Assembly (NCBI GenBank): GCA_025786725.1
Contig: JAHLTZ010000018.1
Span: 310,001 to 374,000, forward strand
From: Syncephalis fuscata S228
Taxonomy: Eukaryota; Fungi; Zoopagomycota
Length of the DNA stretch: 64,000 nucleotides
Direction: 5' to 3'
Position numbers and translations under genes: made by a program
Notes under the pieces: generated by a model
Told to the model about the DNA's origin: nothing
The model's input: only the letters and a program-made list of their open reading frames with translations
Databases searched by the model: none
In this document: piece after piece, positions 1 through 11,279 of the stretch
Layout: every line of letters starts with the position of its first letter
How positions within the stretch are numbered: position 1 is the stretch's first letter

Positions 1-87
1 TGTATTTACATTATTAAGTAGTAAAGTATAGTTTCTTTTCTTTTACACTTTATATCCATTAGTACTCTTTGCTAGTCTTTTGCTAAT

Positions 88-1852
88 ATGTCCTCGCGAT
101 TACCTACTAAAAATACTTCAGAGCGTGATCGTCCAGCTGAAAGAGGTAGAGTGGCGCGTTATTGGCCAGGAAGGGCGCCGACCAACCAGACGAACGAGTT
201 AACGGATTCCGAGTCTGAAAGCTCTGCGGATGAAGAACCAACAACGAGTAATGTACGCAGACCGGGACATAATATCAAAGTAGAAGTGCATGCTATACAG
301 AGTAGAGAACTAGCGCCTATTGAAGATCGTGCTCATTTAGTACGGGCTAGACGACGACAACAGCAACAAAGAGGTAGGTAGTATTTGTCAATAAATTGTC
401 CCATTAATATTTAAAGTAGAGGAAGAAGAAGAGCAAGAAGAAAATGATAAAGAAGAGGAAGAGGAAGAAGAAGGCGATGACGATGATGATGCGGCTCAAG
501 CACGGCGTCGTCAATTACTTAGACAACGTTTATTACAACGACGCCGAGAAGAACAACAACAACAAACTGAATCAGTAAAAGAGGAAGAGGAAGAGGAAGA
601 GGAGGAAGAAGAAGAAGAACCAAAGAATGTAGAGGCACAAGATGAGGCAAGTTAATGGTATAACAAGTTATTTATATCAATATTAAATGTGTTTATAGAA
701 TGAATATACAACGGAATATGAAACAGAAGAAGAGAGTGAAGAGGAAGCTGTTCTATTAAAGCCAGTATTTATACCAAAGTAATTATTATAACTAAATTAT
801 AATTGATCACTTATACCACCACTGTATAGAGTAAAACGTCAAACCATTGCCGAGAAAGAGCAATTGGCACAAGAATTGGAAGAAGCAGAAGCAAAACGAG
901 AACAGGAACGTGAAGAACGTCAAAAGGCTGCCCATCAAATGGTAGCTGATTTAATTAAGCGAGAAATTGAAGGTAGTATTTATAATGAATTAAATGGTAT
1001 ACATTATTTAACCTATTGTATTGATAATTAGCACCATTACAAGAAACCAATGTTCTTAATGATATCGATGATACAGATGACTTGAACCCAGCATCAGAAT
1101 TAGAAGCATGGAAATTACGTGAATTAAAGCGTATTCAACGAGATCAAGGAGAACAAATGAAGTAAGCGATTAAACACGCAAATGAATAAGCCTCTATATA
1201 TATTATATCGTATGTTAATTTTATTTTCTTTATAATAGACGTGAAGAAGAGGCAAGAGAGACGGAACGACGACGTGCTATGACAGATGCTGAAATCCTTA
1301 AAGAAGATGCTGAAAAGCTAAAAGCTGAACGAGAAGGCAAAAAGAATCATCAATTTACATTTATGCAGAAATATTATCATAAAGGAGCCTTTTATCGAGT
1401 AAGAGTTATAAATAATAGATTATTTAATAATAATAATAATAATAATAATATGTATTTGTATAGGAGGAGGGCGGTGAATTAATGGGACGTGATTATACAG
1501 CACCCACTCTAGATATGCCTAATGTTGAACTATTACCCAGTGTTATGCAAGTACGCGATTTTGGTAAACGTGGTCAAACCAAATGGAAACATTTAACAGC
1601 CGAAGATACATCAAATGTAAGTATATGGTTATTACTATGATCATCCTCATTATATATAAACTATAATATATTAATACATTTATCTATTTATCTATTTATC
1701 TATTTATCTATTTATCTATTTATCTATTTATTTATTAGAGAGAGGCGGGCTGGTCACAATCAAGTGATGTTAATCGACATATGCAAAAACGAATGGGTGG
1801 CATGAAAAGAACCGCCGAAACATCATCGGGTGGTAAAAAAAGACGCACGTAA
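88..1852 (+). CDS. MFAP1: MFAP1/Spp381-family spliceosomal B-complex protein (multi-exon)
   Basis: The N-terminus has RYWPGRAP, followed by an acidic Glu-rich middle. Spliced C-terminal motifs are LKPVFIPK, DDTDD..ELEAWKLRELKRIQRD, FMQKYYHKGAFY, LPSVMQVRDFGKRGQTKWKHLTAEDTS. Stop TAA is at 1850-1852. Confidence 0.9.
1678..1735. repeat. Intronic (TTTATCTA)n minisatellite
   Basis: About 7 tandem copies of tttatcta in the last MFAP1 intron. Confidence 0.85.
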
Positions 1853-1988
1853 ATGTTATTACACACACACACACATATATATATATACGGTTTAAATGAT
1901 TGTTTATTAATAGATTTGGGATACAACACGTTTTATGTATCATGCTATAAATTGTGTTTATTTATATTGGTGTATGTGTGTATTAGCA

Positions 1989-2916
1989 TTAATTATGAGA
2001 ACCAAATAGTGCTATGCCATCAGCAAATGCTTGTAAACGTGCATCCACTGCCATACCTTCATCGATATAACCTAGACAATATTAATAATGATTATAATTA
2101 ATATTAATATTTATGTATTATTAGTTACCTTTTAATGTTTGTGAGAGTGTTGCTAGTGGCACGGTGACCACTTCGATATCCTCGCCTAATTCAAGCATGG
2201 GTGTAGGATTCTTGTTCTCTGGTCGTGTAGTATCGATTTCCATATAGACAAGTTGCATATTGGCCCCACTTAATCCTGGGTCACTATAGACAATAGGTGA
2301 TACATGAGTAACTTGACCGCTATAGCCTGTCTCTTCTTTAAGTTCACGTATCGCTGTTTGTTCAGCTGTTTCATTTGGATCAAGTAGACCTATTAAGAAT
2401 AGATGTTTACTATCGATGATTACGATGTTGCTTAACTATTACTAACCAGCAGGAAACTCGACACAAATCTTGCCAACTGGTGGTCGGAATTGGCGTACCA
2501 ATACAGTACGTCTATCTGATGGATTTGCTGCCTTTAGAATAGGTATAATGGCAGCAGCTAGTTTATTAATACCATTACATTAATATCAATAAAATAAGTA
2601 GTAGATTAATGAATGAATATACGATATAGACTAACTAGTTTACTTACCATCACATACACCTGTGCGTGTTCTACGATTAGCACTCTCCCATATCTATAAT
2701 TATTATATTATAATAATTATAATAATTATAATAGTATAATATTAGTCTATTAATTAGAATAACTAACTCTAGACTAAGTGGTAAGCATATCATTGTACTT
2801 ACGCGTTCGTTACCAGCGCGATCTTTGTATACAAGACGTCGGAGTGAAATCCATTTAGCGTCCGCGTCATTCAGTGGTTCACTACGTAGAACCTGTGCTT
2901 TATGTTGTTGCGACAT
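1989..2916 (-). CDS. ADP-ribose pyrophosphatase, Nudix family (NUDT5/Ysa1-like)
   Basis: Starts MSQQHKAQ..AKWISL. Spliced exons give VRQFRPPVGKICVEFPAG, the Nudix box LLDPNETAEQTAIRELKEETGY, SDPGL and VDARL. Ends GSHN*. Confidence 0.88.
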
Positions 2917-3257
2917 AAGACGACGAGATACTTGTTGATAAACTAGTGTAGAATAGACAAATCTAGCACGGAATGGACAACAGTAACAAAGAGAACAACG
3001 AGATAACAATAATGGTGACGCAATCAATAGTTTGTCACAGTTACTACTAATACTACTAATTCTCACCAAACTTAACATGTATTGTATATAGATATAGACG
3101 AGTATCGATGCAATATCAATCAATCAATCAATCAATTGGTAAAGAGGAGAAATAGATTTAATTTGGTTTATTCAGTGTCAAGCATATCAACGATCTATAA
3201 TTATTTGGTCTTTGTTGTATAAATGATCATTGTAACTATGACCTAATAATAGGAATA

Positions 3258-3608
3258 TTATTTAATTTTTGCCTCAGTAAATAGTACATGTTGGCGCACT
3301 AGAATACACATCGTCAAACATCAATTATGATATACATTATAATAGTAGAGTCAGTAGGTTACCTTTAGGATCGTATTTCATCATAGATAACTTGGGTGCA
3401 AGACGTGGACGGGAACGAGCATAGAAGAACCCAGTATTGGCCGTACTAAGTAATTTGACGAGAATCACGCTAGAATACACATTAATCTATGTTCGCGTCA
3501 CTCTCGCTTACTACTTACCGAGCCTTTGCCTTTTTTGCCACTACATAGTTGAAAAAGGTTGTAAAATAATGAGCTGTGACCTATTGTCGCTTATTGATAT
3601 TACTTACT
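3258..3608 (-). CDS. MRPL39: Mitochondrial ribosomal protein bL33m (MRPL39-like), 4 exons
   Basis: Exons 3608 (A), 3540-3519, 3469-3363 and 3298-3258 splice to MAKKAKARVILVKLLSTANTGFFYARSRPRLAPKLSMMKYDPKVRQHVLFTEAKIK*, which carries the L33 KYDP..V..HV.F.E.K signature. Confidence 0.9.
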
Positions 3609-3720
3609 TGTTAGTATAGAGCAGAGATCAATAGAATGTTAAAAGAAAAAGGAATCGTTAATAATTGATCTAAATACAACACGTCTTTTCATTTTCACTT
3701 TCTATCGTTTAACTAAAAAC

Positions 3721-4732
3721 ATGAACAACACTAACCACACTTCTCAAGAAGTATTGCTGGACGCGTTACCTTGTAGGTCTATTACAACGCTATAGATTAC
3801 TATTATTATTATTATTATTTAACATAGATGTTATATAGATGTTGACCGTCAACTAGATGAAGAAGGTAACTATTGTTTATACGCTTTAAAAGCAGTATTT
3901 ACTGATGCTTACTAACTGACCTGTCATTATACGACTATATACACTATTAGGTGTACGTGAATCGGTAGAAAAGATGATTGAAGATGAACTAAAGACGTTT
4001 TCATTTGAGGAACGCGATCGATTGCCAGTATTCTCGGATAAAGCATTGGTGAGTGGCATATAGACTGGCTATACTACCATCCTTGTTAATAGTATTATGT
4101 TGTAGGCACCCTCTAAAGAAGGCGCAGTATGGAAGGCTACCCTGGATAGTATGACGGATAGTAAACAAAAGCTGAATGCATTGGATACACTACGTTATCG
4201 TATGCCTACCGAGCCAGATGATAATGATAATGATGTTGATCTGGCAACATGGCAAGCATTATGTGCATCCACTGAGACACAGTTACAGCATCAACATTTA
4301 AGGTAGAGTACTGTATAATAAAAGTTTTATATTTGCTAATAATGGATTTAATTGATTAGGCTGTGTAATCTTGAGTTGTTGCAGAAATTTGGTGGCAATG
4401 CCTGGCGTTTGCACAATTATCAAGTTGAAGGACAAGTTGATGCTATGAAGCGAACACTTGAAGCGGAAAAGGCCAAAGTTGTGACTGTAATCAACAGCGT
4501 AAAATGATGCAAGTAAGTGTATTATTGAATGAATAGTGACAGTTGTATAAATGCTAATTAATTAACTAATTATCATGTAGTTGGATGCTGGAGAGAAATT
4601 ACGTAAATTGGAAGAACAATGGCAAACATTAATCGGTCAGAATGCACATTAGAAGTGGCTTGTGCAGTATTGGAGAAAGAAATTGGCGATTGGCAGAAAT
4701 ACAAAGAGACTTTAACACAGTATCAAAAATAG
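3721..4732 (+). CDS. SPF27: Pre-mRNA splicing factor SPF27/BCAS2 (Cwf7); two apparent 1-nt deletions near 4490 and 4648
   Basis: Motifs LDALPY(V)D, LDTLRY, QLQHQHLRLCNLELLQKFGGNAWRLHNYQ, AGEKLRKLEEQW and LEVAC across GT-AG introns. Confidence 0.87.
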
Positions 4733-4856
4733 TAACAACAACAACAATAATAATAATAAGAGCATTAAGAACCGCGGTGTTAAATGGTATTAAATTGATC
4801 GAATGGATTTGTGTAATTGATCTATTAAAACTGATATATTCGAAATAAATGATTGT

Positions 4857-7800
4857 CTATTCCGAACGAGCAGTGCTTATTTCTTCTAAATTCTTTTTAC
4901 GAAGTGGTGTATCAGAGAATAGAGCACACAACAGAGTGGTTAATTCATCCAAGGAGAATACATCAAGTAGATGGGCCGGAATCGTTGCATAATATCGGCA
5001 AAGCTTAGTTCTAATAGTTCAACTAATTGACGGAACTTGGTCCAACTTGGTACATAATGAGGTGGTGGTGTCTATGATGCAAATTGTTATAATGTTATTA
5101 CACTAACCACAGCTGATTTATTAAACTATTTAACAACTTACCTGATGATGTTCTTTTGTTGTATCAGTCACAAATAGATTAGCTAGTTCAAATAACATTT
5201 GACATGCTTTATGCAACTGATAAGATTCATTAGCAGATATATCCGCTAATTTGAGAATATCATTGGTTATTCGCATAAGTAGACAATCGATTAATTGACC
5301 AATGGCACGATCATGTAATGGACGGGGTAGAGTGGACTGTTAACTAGCTATTAGTATAATGGCATTTAATAAACTTGCTAAATATGTTACTTACTTTCCA
5401 AACATCACTAAGTTTACGTAACTGATAGACAGTTTGTAGGATGGTTTGTTGGATCTTTTCATATCTTTCATTCTCACCCGCATCGTGTAGTCCATTCAAT
5501 TCATTATACGCTTCAAATAAGGCTTTTTGTTGATATGTCTATTAATTCGTATATATATATATATATATATATTGGTTAGTAATATTTAATGATTATGCTA
5601 ATCTATTAACAATTACCAATGTTCGATTAAAGTAAACTTGACCCAATTGACGAAGAAGTGGTACTAGATCGGTAAAATGAATGGCCAGTCGTTCTGTATC
5701 AGTCGGTAGATAAGAGCGATAGGTAAGATCAAGTACTAGCATTAGATGAGCTAGTAGCATGCAGTCATTGTGAAATTGCATAGCCAGTGCCGGTACACTT
5801 TCTAGAATACGTGATTGTTGCTGAGGTACAAGTGCTTGAAATAGCTCAGCCATTTGACGTACAGCAAGCAGTAATTCTTTAGCACTGCATAGCATCTTTT
5901 AGTATAATTCATATTAAGCATAGTTGTAATTACCCGTCAGGTGATGCTAGTTGACATGCTTCTTCCACAATCGTTTCAATAGCTTGTTTCAATTGAATGA
6001 TGGATGTGCTGACTAGGCATACCGGCATATTGAATGGATCCTGCGGTAGACATAATGTTCCCGGTGTGTTGCTGGCACGATTCTCAGTCAGTACCACAGC
6101 CTTAAACGAGTCTTCATTTGTATATCGTACTATATATACATATATACTAATTAATTAATTGTCAATAAATTATAGCCAACTTACATTGCCAAACTACATC
6201 TTTTAACTTGACACTTGTAAAATCATAGGTCGATAAAAGCTTTCGTGCTTGTTGCAAACAATGACGATGCTTTTTTTGTGCATAATACTTATCATTTTGT
6301 TTTGTAAACTGTATTAATTGACTATTTGGTCCAATATTAAATCCTATATAATAGCATGTTAATAAATATAATAGCATGTTAATAAATATAATAGCCTATT
6401 ATTTATAACTAATAATATACCTAATTCTTTAAAGCTATTTTCAAATTGGCGTGTTTGCTGATTAATTTTATCAAACAGTTTCAGCGATGCGCTATCTACA
6501 GGCAGTATGGCTTGCAGATAATCCGATACTAACAGTTCATAAAGAGGATTCACAATAGCAGTGCTGAATAGCAATCTAATCTGCCGCGATACCTCCTCAT
6601 TTTCTGATCTAGTCAATGTATTTAATATGAATTCAATTATCTTTTGTATATTTTTATACAATGTATCTATCATTTATGTTAATTAAATAGTATATAGCTC
6701 AATTTATAACCAACTATACCTGATTGCTCCACTACTTTATCAAATGCTAATGAGTTTAAAGATTCATCATTTAATTGTAAAGTTAAAACGTGTGTTTTGG
6801 CGTTCGATTGTTCATTCAAGCCACTGTTCTGTCGATGTAATAAAGGCTGAATCATATTACGTAGCAAAAGACGTACAATTATATCCATTCGAGTGGGTAA
6901 TGCATTCAAACGAAATAGAGCGTAAACAGTGTCATCAAGATGGCCTTTAATTGATACATCATCATCATCATTATTATTATTAAAAATAATTTAACACTTT
7001 TTAGTAATCTTAATTTACCTTGTTTTTGAATGTCTACAATTAATTCAACGCTCTTTCCTTCCGTATTGAAGCGAATCATTTTTGTAAAAGCCCCTTCAAT
7101 TTCATTCACCAAATTGTTATGTAATTGACGAATACGATCCTGACAATACCAATTAATTACTATACTTAATTCACATCTATCTACTTACTCGACATAGTGA
7201 AATGATATCAATTTGATCAATAGTATTGGCTTGAGAAAGAATTAATTGCTAATCATCATCAAAACAGTTATTATACAGCTAAAAGTGATATGGATAAAAT
7301 AACAATAGTAGCCGTTACAACTATTGCACTCTTACCATGGCATCCAAGCTATCGAGTGCATTACAAAACTTCATAGCGGTTCGAGCTATTTGAAATTGTT
7401 CTAATTGCTCTTGAAACTTTGATATAATAGTAAATTATTTGTAATTATTTGAGTTTTTGCTGTCGTTTACCTTGGACAACAATTGAAGCATTTGAATAAT
7501 GCTATTTTCCTGTTCAATATCCTTTTCAAGCGTTGTTTGTTGTTGCAACACTTGGACAAGTTCATTTTTGATTCCATTCTAGAACATTAATAAGATATAC
7601 ACATAAATAGACGCTTATTTGATTTATCAACATATTTACCGTGCCATCCAATGGTAAAGCAAGTGTATTTGCTTGTCCAAATAAATCGGCCAGTTCCCCA
7701 GCCAATTCGGTCGATGTACTTAGTAGCTGCTGTAATGAGTCAGCATTATTGCTAATTAGACCAACCAGCTGATCCTGCAATATGACGTGGTGAATAAGCA

Positions 7801-8001
7801 ATAGGATTCTATTACTATTGGGTGGTTTAGTTAGAGTCTACTTACTGAGATCTCTCCCATTTCAACGTTAATCTGAGCAATACAACTCAGTAACGAGGCA
7901 CGGTCAGCCGTCTGGCCACTAAACGACGAGTCATCACTGGGAGAAGACGACTGCAAGAGATGCGTGACAAACTGTTGTTGTAATTGCGTATTCGCTGGCA
8001 T
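4857..8001 (-). CDS. ZW10: ZW10/Dsl1-family kinetochore and ER-tethering protein (many exons; apparent 1-nt deletion near 4976)
   Basis: Motifs VPALAMQFHNDCMLLAH, ILKLADISANES, VPSWTKFRQL and C-terminal ALFSDTPLRKKNL. ATG at 8001. Confidence 0.8.
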
Positions 8002-9584
8002 TATGAAAGAAAGTCACCTGTGTTCAAATAGTTCATGGTCTTCCCTTTTATGTTTGATGAGATCATTGTTGAAAACCTGATTCAATATAAATTTGATTTT
8101 ATATTATTTTGTTTCCATATCTATTGTTTAAGATGCATAGATAAGTGTAGTCTAGTAAACATAGAACACAGCTTATTGCAATTATTAATAAAACAATCAA
8201 TGTTTAATAAGATTTTATACAGCGTCGTAAGCAATTTACAAAGTGGCTGGTTAATATTATTAAGTAAATCAATAAGTCCTATTGAACAACACGTGTATTG
8301 ATATTCAATACATATAAAATATATTTCAGTAACCAATCAATAATTATACACGGATACGGATATAATGATAAATATAGATACAATGTCAATGCCAAATACA
8401 TTTAAATATCGCTTATTTCCATGCTATCCAATAAATAATATCAATGTATACAAGTATAACAGAAGACAAACGGTAAATGATATAACCAGTGGATAATATT
8501 GCTAAAATAGGCATACATTGTTTAATATACTGTTGGCTTTGAATTAAGAATTTGCAAACGCAACTCGATGCGCTAACACAATTCAAAATCCCAAATGTCA
8601 TTTTCATCAAATTAATGTCATATAATGCATTTTTACAACAGGATTATCTCTGATTATTATGTCGTATTTTATTTATCTACACTGAAGCTAGATATACAAG
8701 ACTGGTATAACCTAGCGAGCACAATCCAGTATTTTGCATTATTCTATAAACAAAGAATTAATAAAATTGATGTTCAAACCCCATGATTTGTTATCGGGAA
8801 TGTCGTTATGCAAAGGCCAATTGCTAACTGTGATACCTGCATCAGCATTTGGTAGTACCGTGTTAAAATGAATAGTCTATTTTATTAAACAATCTGTAAT
8901 GCCGAATTTAATGTATATGCAAATCAATCAATATGATTTATAGCTAAGTAATTGCAGCCAACTTATCTATAGCATAAAACACTTTTAAAAAGACGCAAAT
9001 ATACTAGATCAAAATTGATAATATACTGAAGCTATATGTTACTTTGAATAGCATACATGCAGATGTTGGGGCAAGTTTTTCGGTAAAAGCGACAGCAAAG
9101 GCGCAAAACAAAACAATAGCAAAGGCACAGTAATTCATTGCCATTGTTGTAGAATCAATAAATTTAGCTTATATTGTATGGCCTAGTTGTGTAACAGCAT
9201 GGTGAAAGCCGATATATAAACCTTTACTGTATAAATACCAGATTATTGGTGTTACCAGCTTGTCTGTTTAAATGTTAAACAAATTAAAACAAAGAGCTAG
9301 GCTGCATATCATCACGTTATCAGTGTGTTGGTATACGTGTGCCTCAAGTCATCATGTGAATGTATCGCTATTGGCTCACACTACATTTCAATGGTATAGT
9401 CCATACACTACAGCCTATTGACATTTCAGCATAACCATAGGCTTAAATAGACCACGCAATACACACAGCTAACCATTGCACCACAATTGCACTCTCTTTC
9501 TCCAAGTATTCACCACTATCTACTTTATACCAATTATATTCTATTATCTGTTTTATTTGTTTGTTTCAACAAATCAGAATCAAC

Positions 9585-10664
9585 ATAAAGCGTCCTATTG
9601 CTGTCGTCTGTACCATCGTCGTGGCTTTTGTGGCCAACATAGCCATGGCAGATGCTAAGCCAATGCTAGTTCGTCGTGGTAGGTTGCAACTACGATGCTC
9701 AATTAATTAGTTACTCAATCAAATACTTTTTGTAATACCAAACTGAATTTGATAGCCTGTAAGTGATTTTATAAATCCTTAAACATGCTAAATACATATC
9801 GCCCACTATACGTGTTTAGTAACTTATATTGATAGTTTGTAAGTAGCTCCATCTATTAATTAGTTATATAATAACCATATGCCATTCACCTTTTTGTGAT
9901 TAATAATTTGTATTAATAAAGAGTAAGCAGCGTTGTATATTAATTTAATTATATACCAACAATTTTGCATTTACTTTGCGTGCTCAATAATGTGCATTAA
10001 TAGAGCGTAAGTAACGTTTTACATTAACTAATTATATACTAAATTTATGCTGTTTACTGTGTGTACTCAATAATATGTATTAATATTTTGTAAGTGGTGG
10101 TTTAGCTTAACTAGCTATATGCTAAGATATTTCATGCACCATGTGTGCCAATGATTTGTATTAATAGCAGGTAAGTGGCGGTGTATAGTAATGGGCTATA
10201 TATTAATCATGTTTCATGCGCTGTGTTTGTTCAATAGCCTGTATTAATAGGCGGTAAATAAGATCGTATATTGATTAACTATCATTAGCTAATCCGATAT
10301 TTGTACGTTGAATGGTTTTTATTGATAGATGGTAGGTGAGACTGCATATTAAGCTACTATGTTCTAATCATAAACCATGCATTGTGCGTTTTTAGTAAGA
10401 TATTTTTATAGAATGTAAGTGGAGCTGTATGGAAATTGGATAAATGTTAATTATATATTATACATAGTATGTAGCTAGTAATTTAATGCTAACAAACAGT
10501 AAGTGATATTTCACACCATCTAATTATGTACTAATCATATACTGTTACTGAACATTTTAATGGCATTTGCCGATAGATGGTGAGATAAACTGCATAATAG
10601 TTAGCTATATACTAATTAAACGAACTTTACTGTATACATCTATACCATGAAATAACTAGCATAA
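9585..10664 (+). other. Micro-exon gene, possibly a pseudogene, for a small secreted prepro-peptide: one 94-nt signal/pro exon, eleven 3-nt exons and a terminal CA-TAA exon
   Basis: Exon 9585-9678 reads (ATA)KRPIAVVCTIVVAFVANIAMADAKPMLVRR+G. AG|NNN|GT units follow at 9756 CCT, 9836 TTT, 10004 AGC, 10168 CAG, 10251 GCG, 10329 ATG, 10412 AAT and 10577 ATG. Homologous units with non-AG acceptors lie at 9920 AGA, 10087 TTT and 10496 ACA. The final acceptor at 10659 gives G|CA TAA in frame. Confidence 0.75.
9679..10659 (+). repeat. Degenerate tandem array of 12 intron-like units, period about 78-84 nt
   Basis: Each unit begins GTAAGT, GTAGGT or similar. Most share tatattaatta..tatrctaa in the middle and end ..tgtattaatAG or ..ttgatAG. 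Intron lengths are 77, 77, 81, 81, 80, 78, 80, 75, 80, 81, 78 and 80 nt. Confidence 0.85.
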
Positions 10665-11279
10665 TTTAAAACATTAGCATGTATAATCATTAGGTTACCG
10701 TTTCCACTACGTTAGATATATATATATGGCAAGAAGCAAAATCATTTGACAAATGCCGTTTAGTCCATTCACATATCAAGCTCCAGCCAATGCTCCGGGT
10801 TATTCATATTTCAATCAATGATATTATCATATTACAAACAATTTTACAATTAGTCGTGTATATATAGCTATGTAAACTTGTAGTAACAAACATATAGTCA
10901 TATCTATGCTTATGCTTAATTTGCATCCAATTATTGAGAAGCACTAGTCAGTAAATATATTAGCATTGTATTTGTACAAATACAATTTATTATGTCGACT
11001 TGCGTGATGCAGGGCAATGTTAATGATTAAGGATGTACAAACCAAAACTATTAAAATCCAAAGTAAGCCACATTAAAATGAAACTGAGGAATTAGAATTT
11101 AGCAACAATGTTAATACTCTATCATTAATATTAACTTTAAAAACAGTCTTTTTATTAGCAACAGCCTTTCAGTAAATAATAAACATAAGATTAAACATAA
11201 CATTATCGTAAAGCTTTTAATCTTCATTACTATTTGTTGACATGCTTTTGTAAACAATTATAGCATTTCGCTTTTTTAA

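Noticed and set aside
6345-6395. 20-nt tandem duplication atataatagcatgttaataa
   Set aside because: It is a local slippage duplication inside a ZW10 intron with no sign of function.
9476-9658. 60-aa ORF from the ORF track
   Set aside because: It has a TTG start and no protein-like features. The overlapping frame from 9585 gives a clear signal peptide, an RR site and a splice donor.
9679-10659. CRISPR array interpretation of the ~80-nt periodic region
   Set aside because: The context is eukaryotic, there are no identical repeats with unique spacers and no cas genes, and the conserved positions are splice signals.
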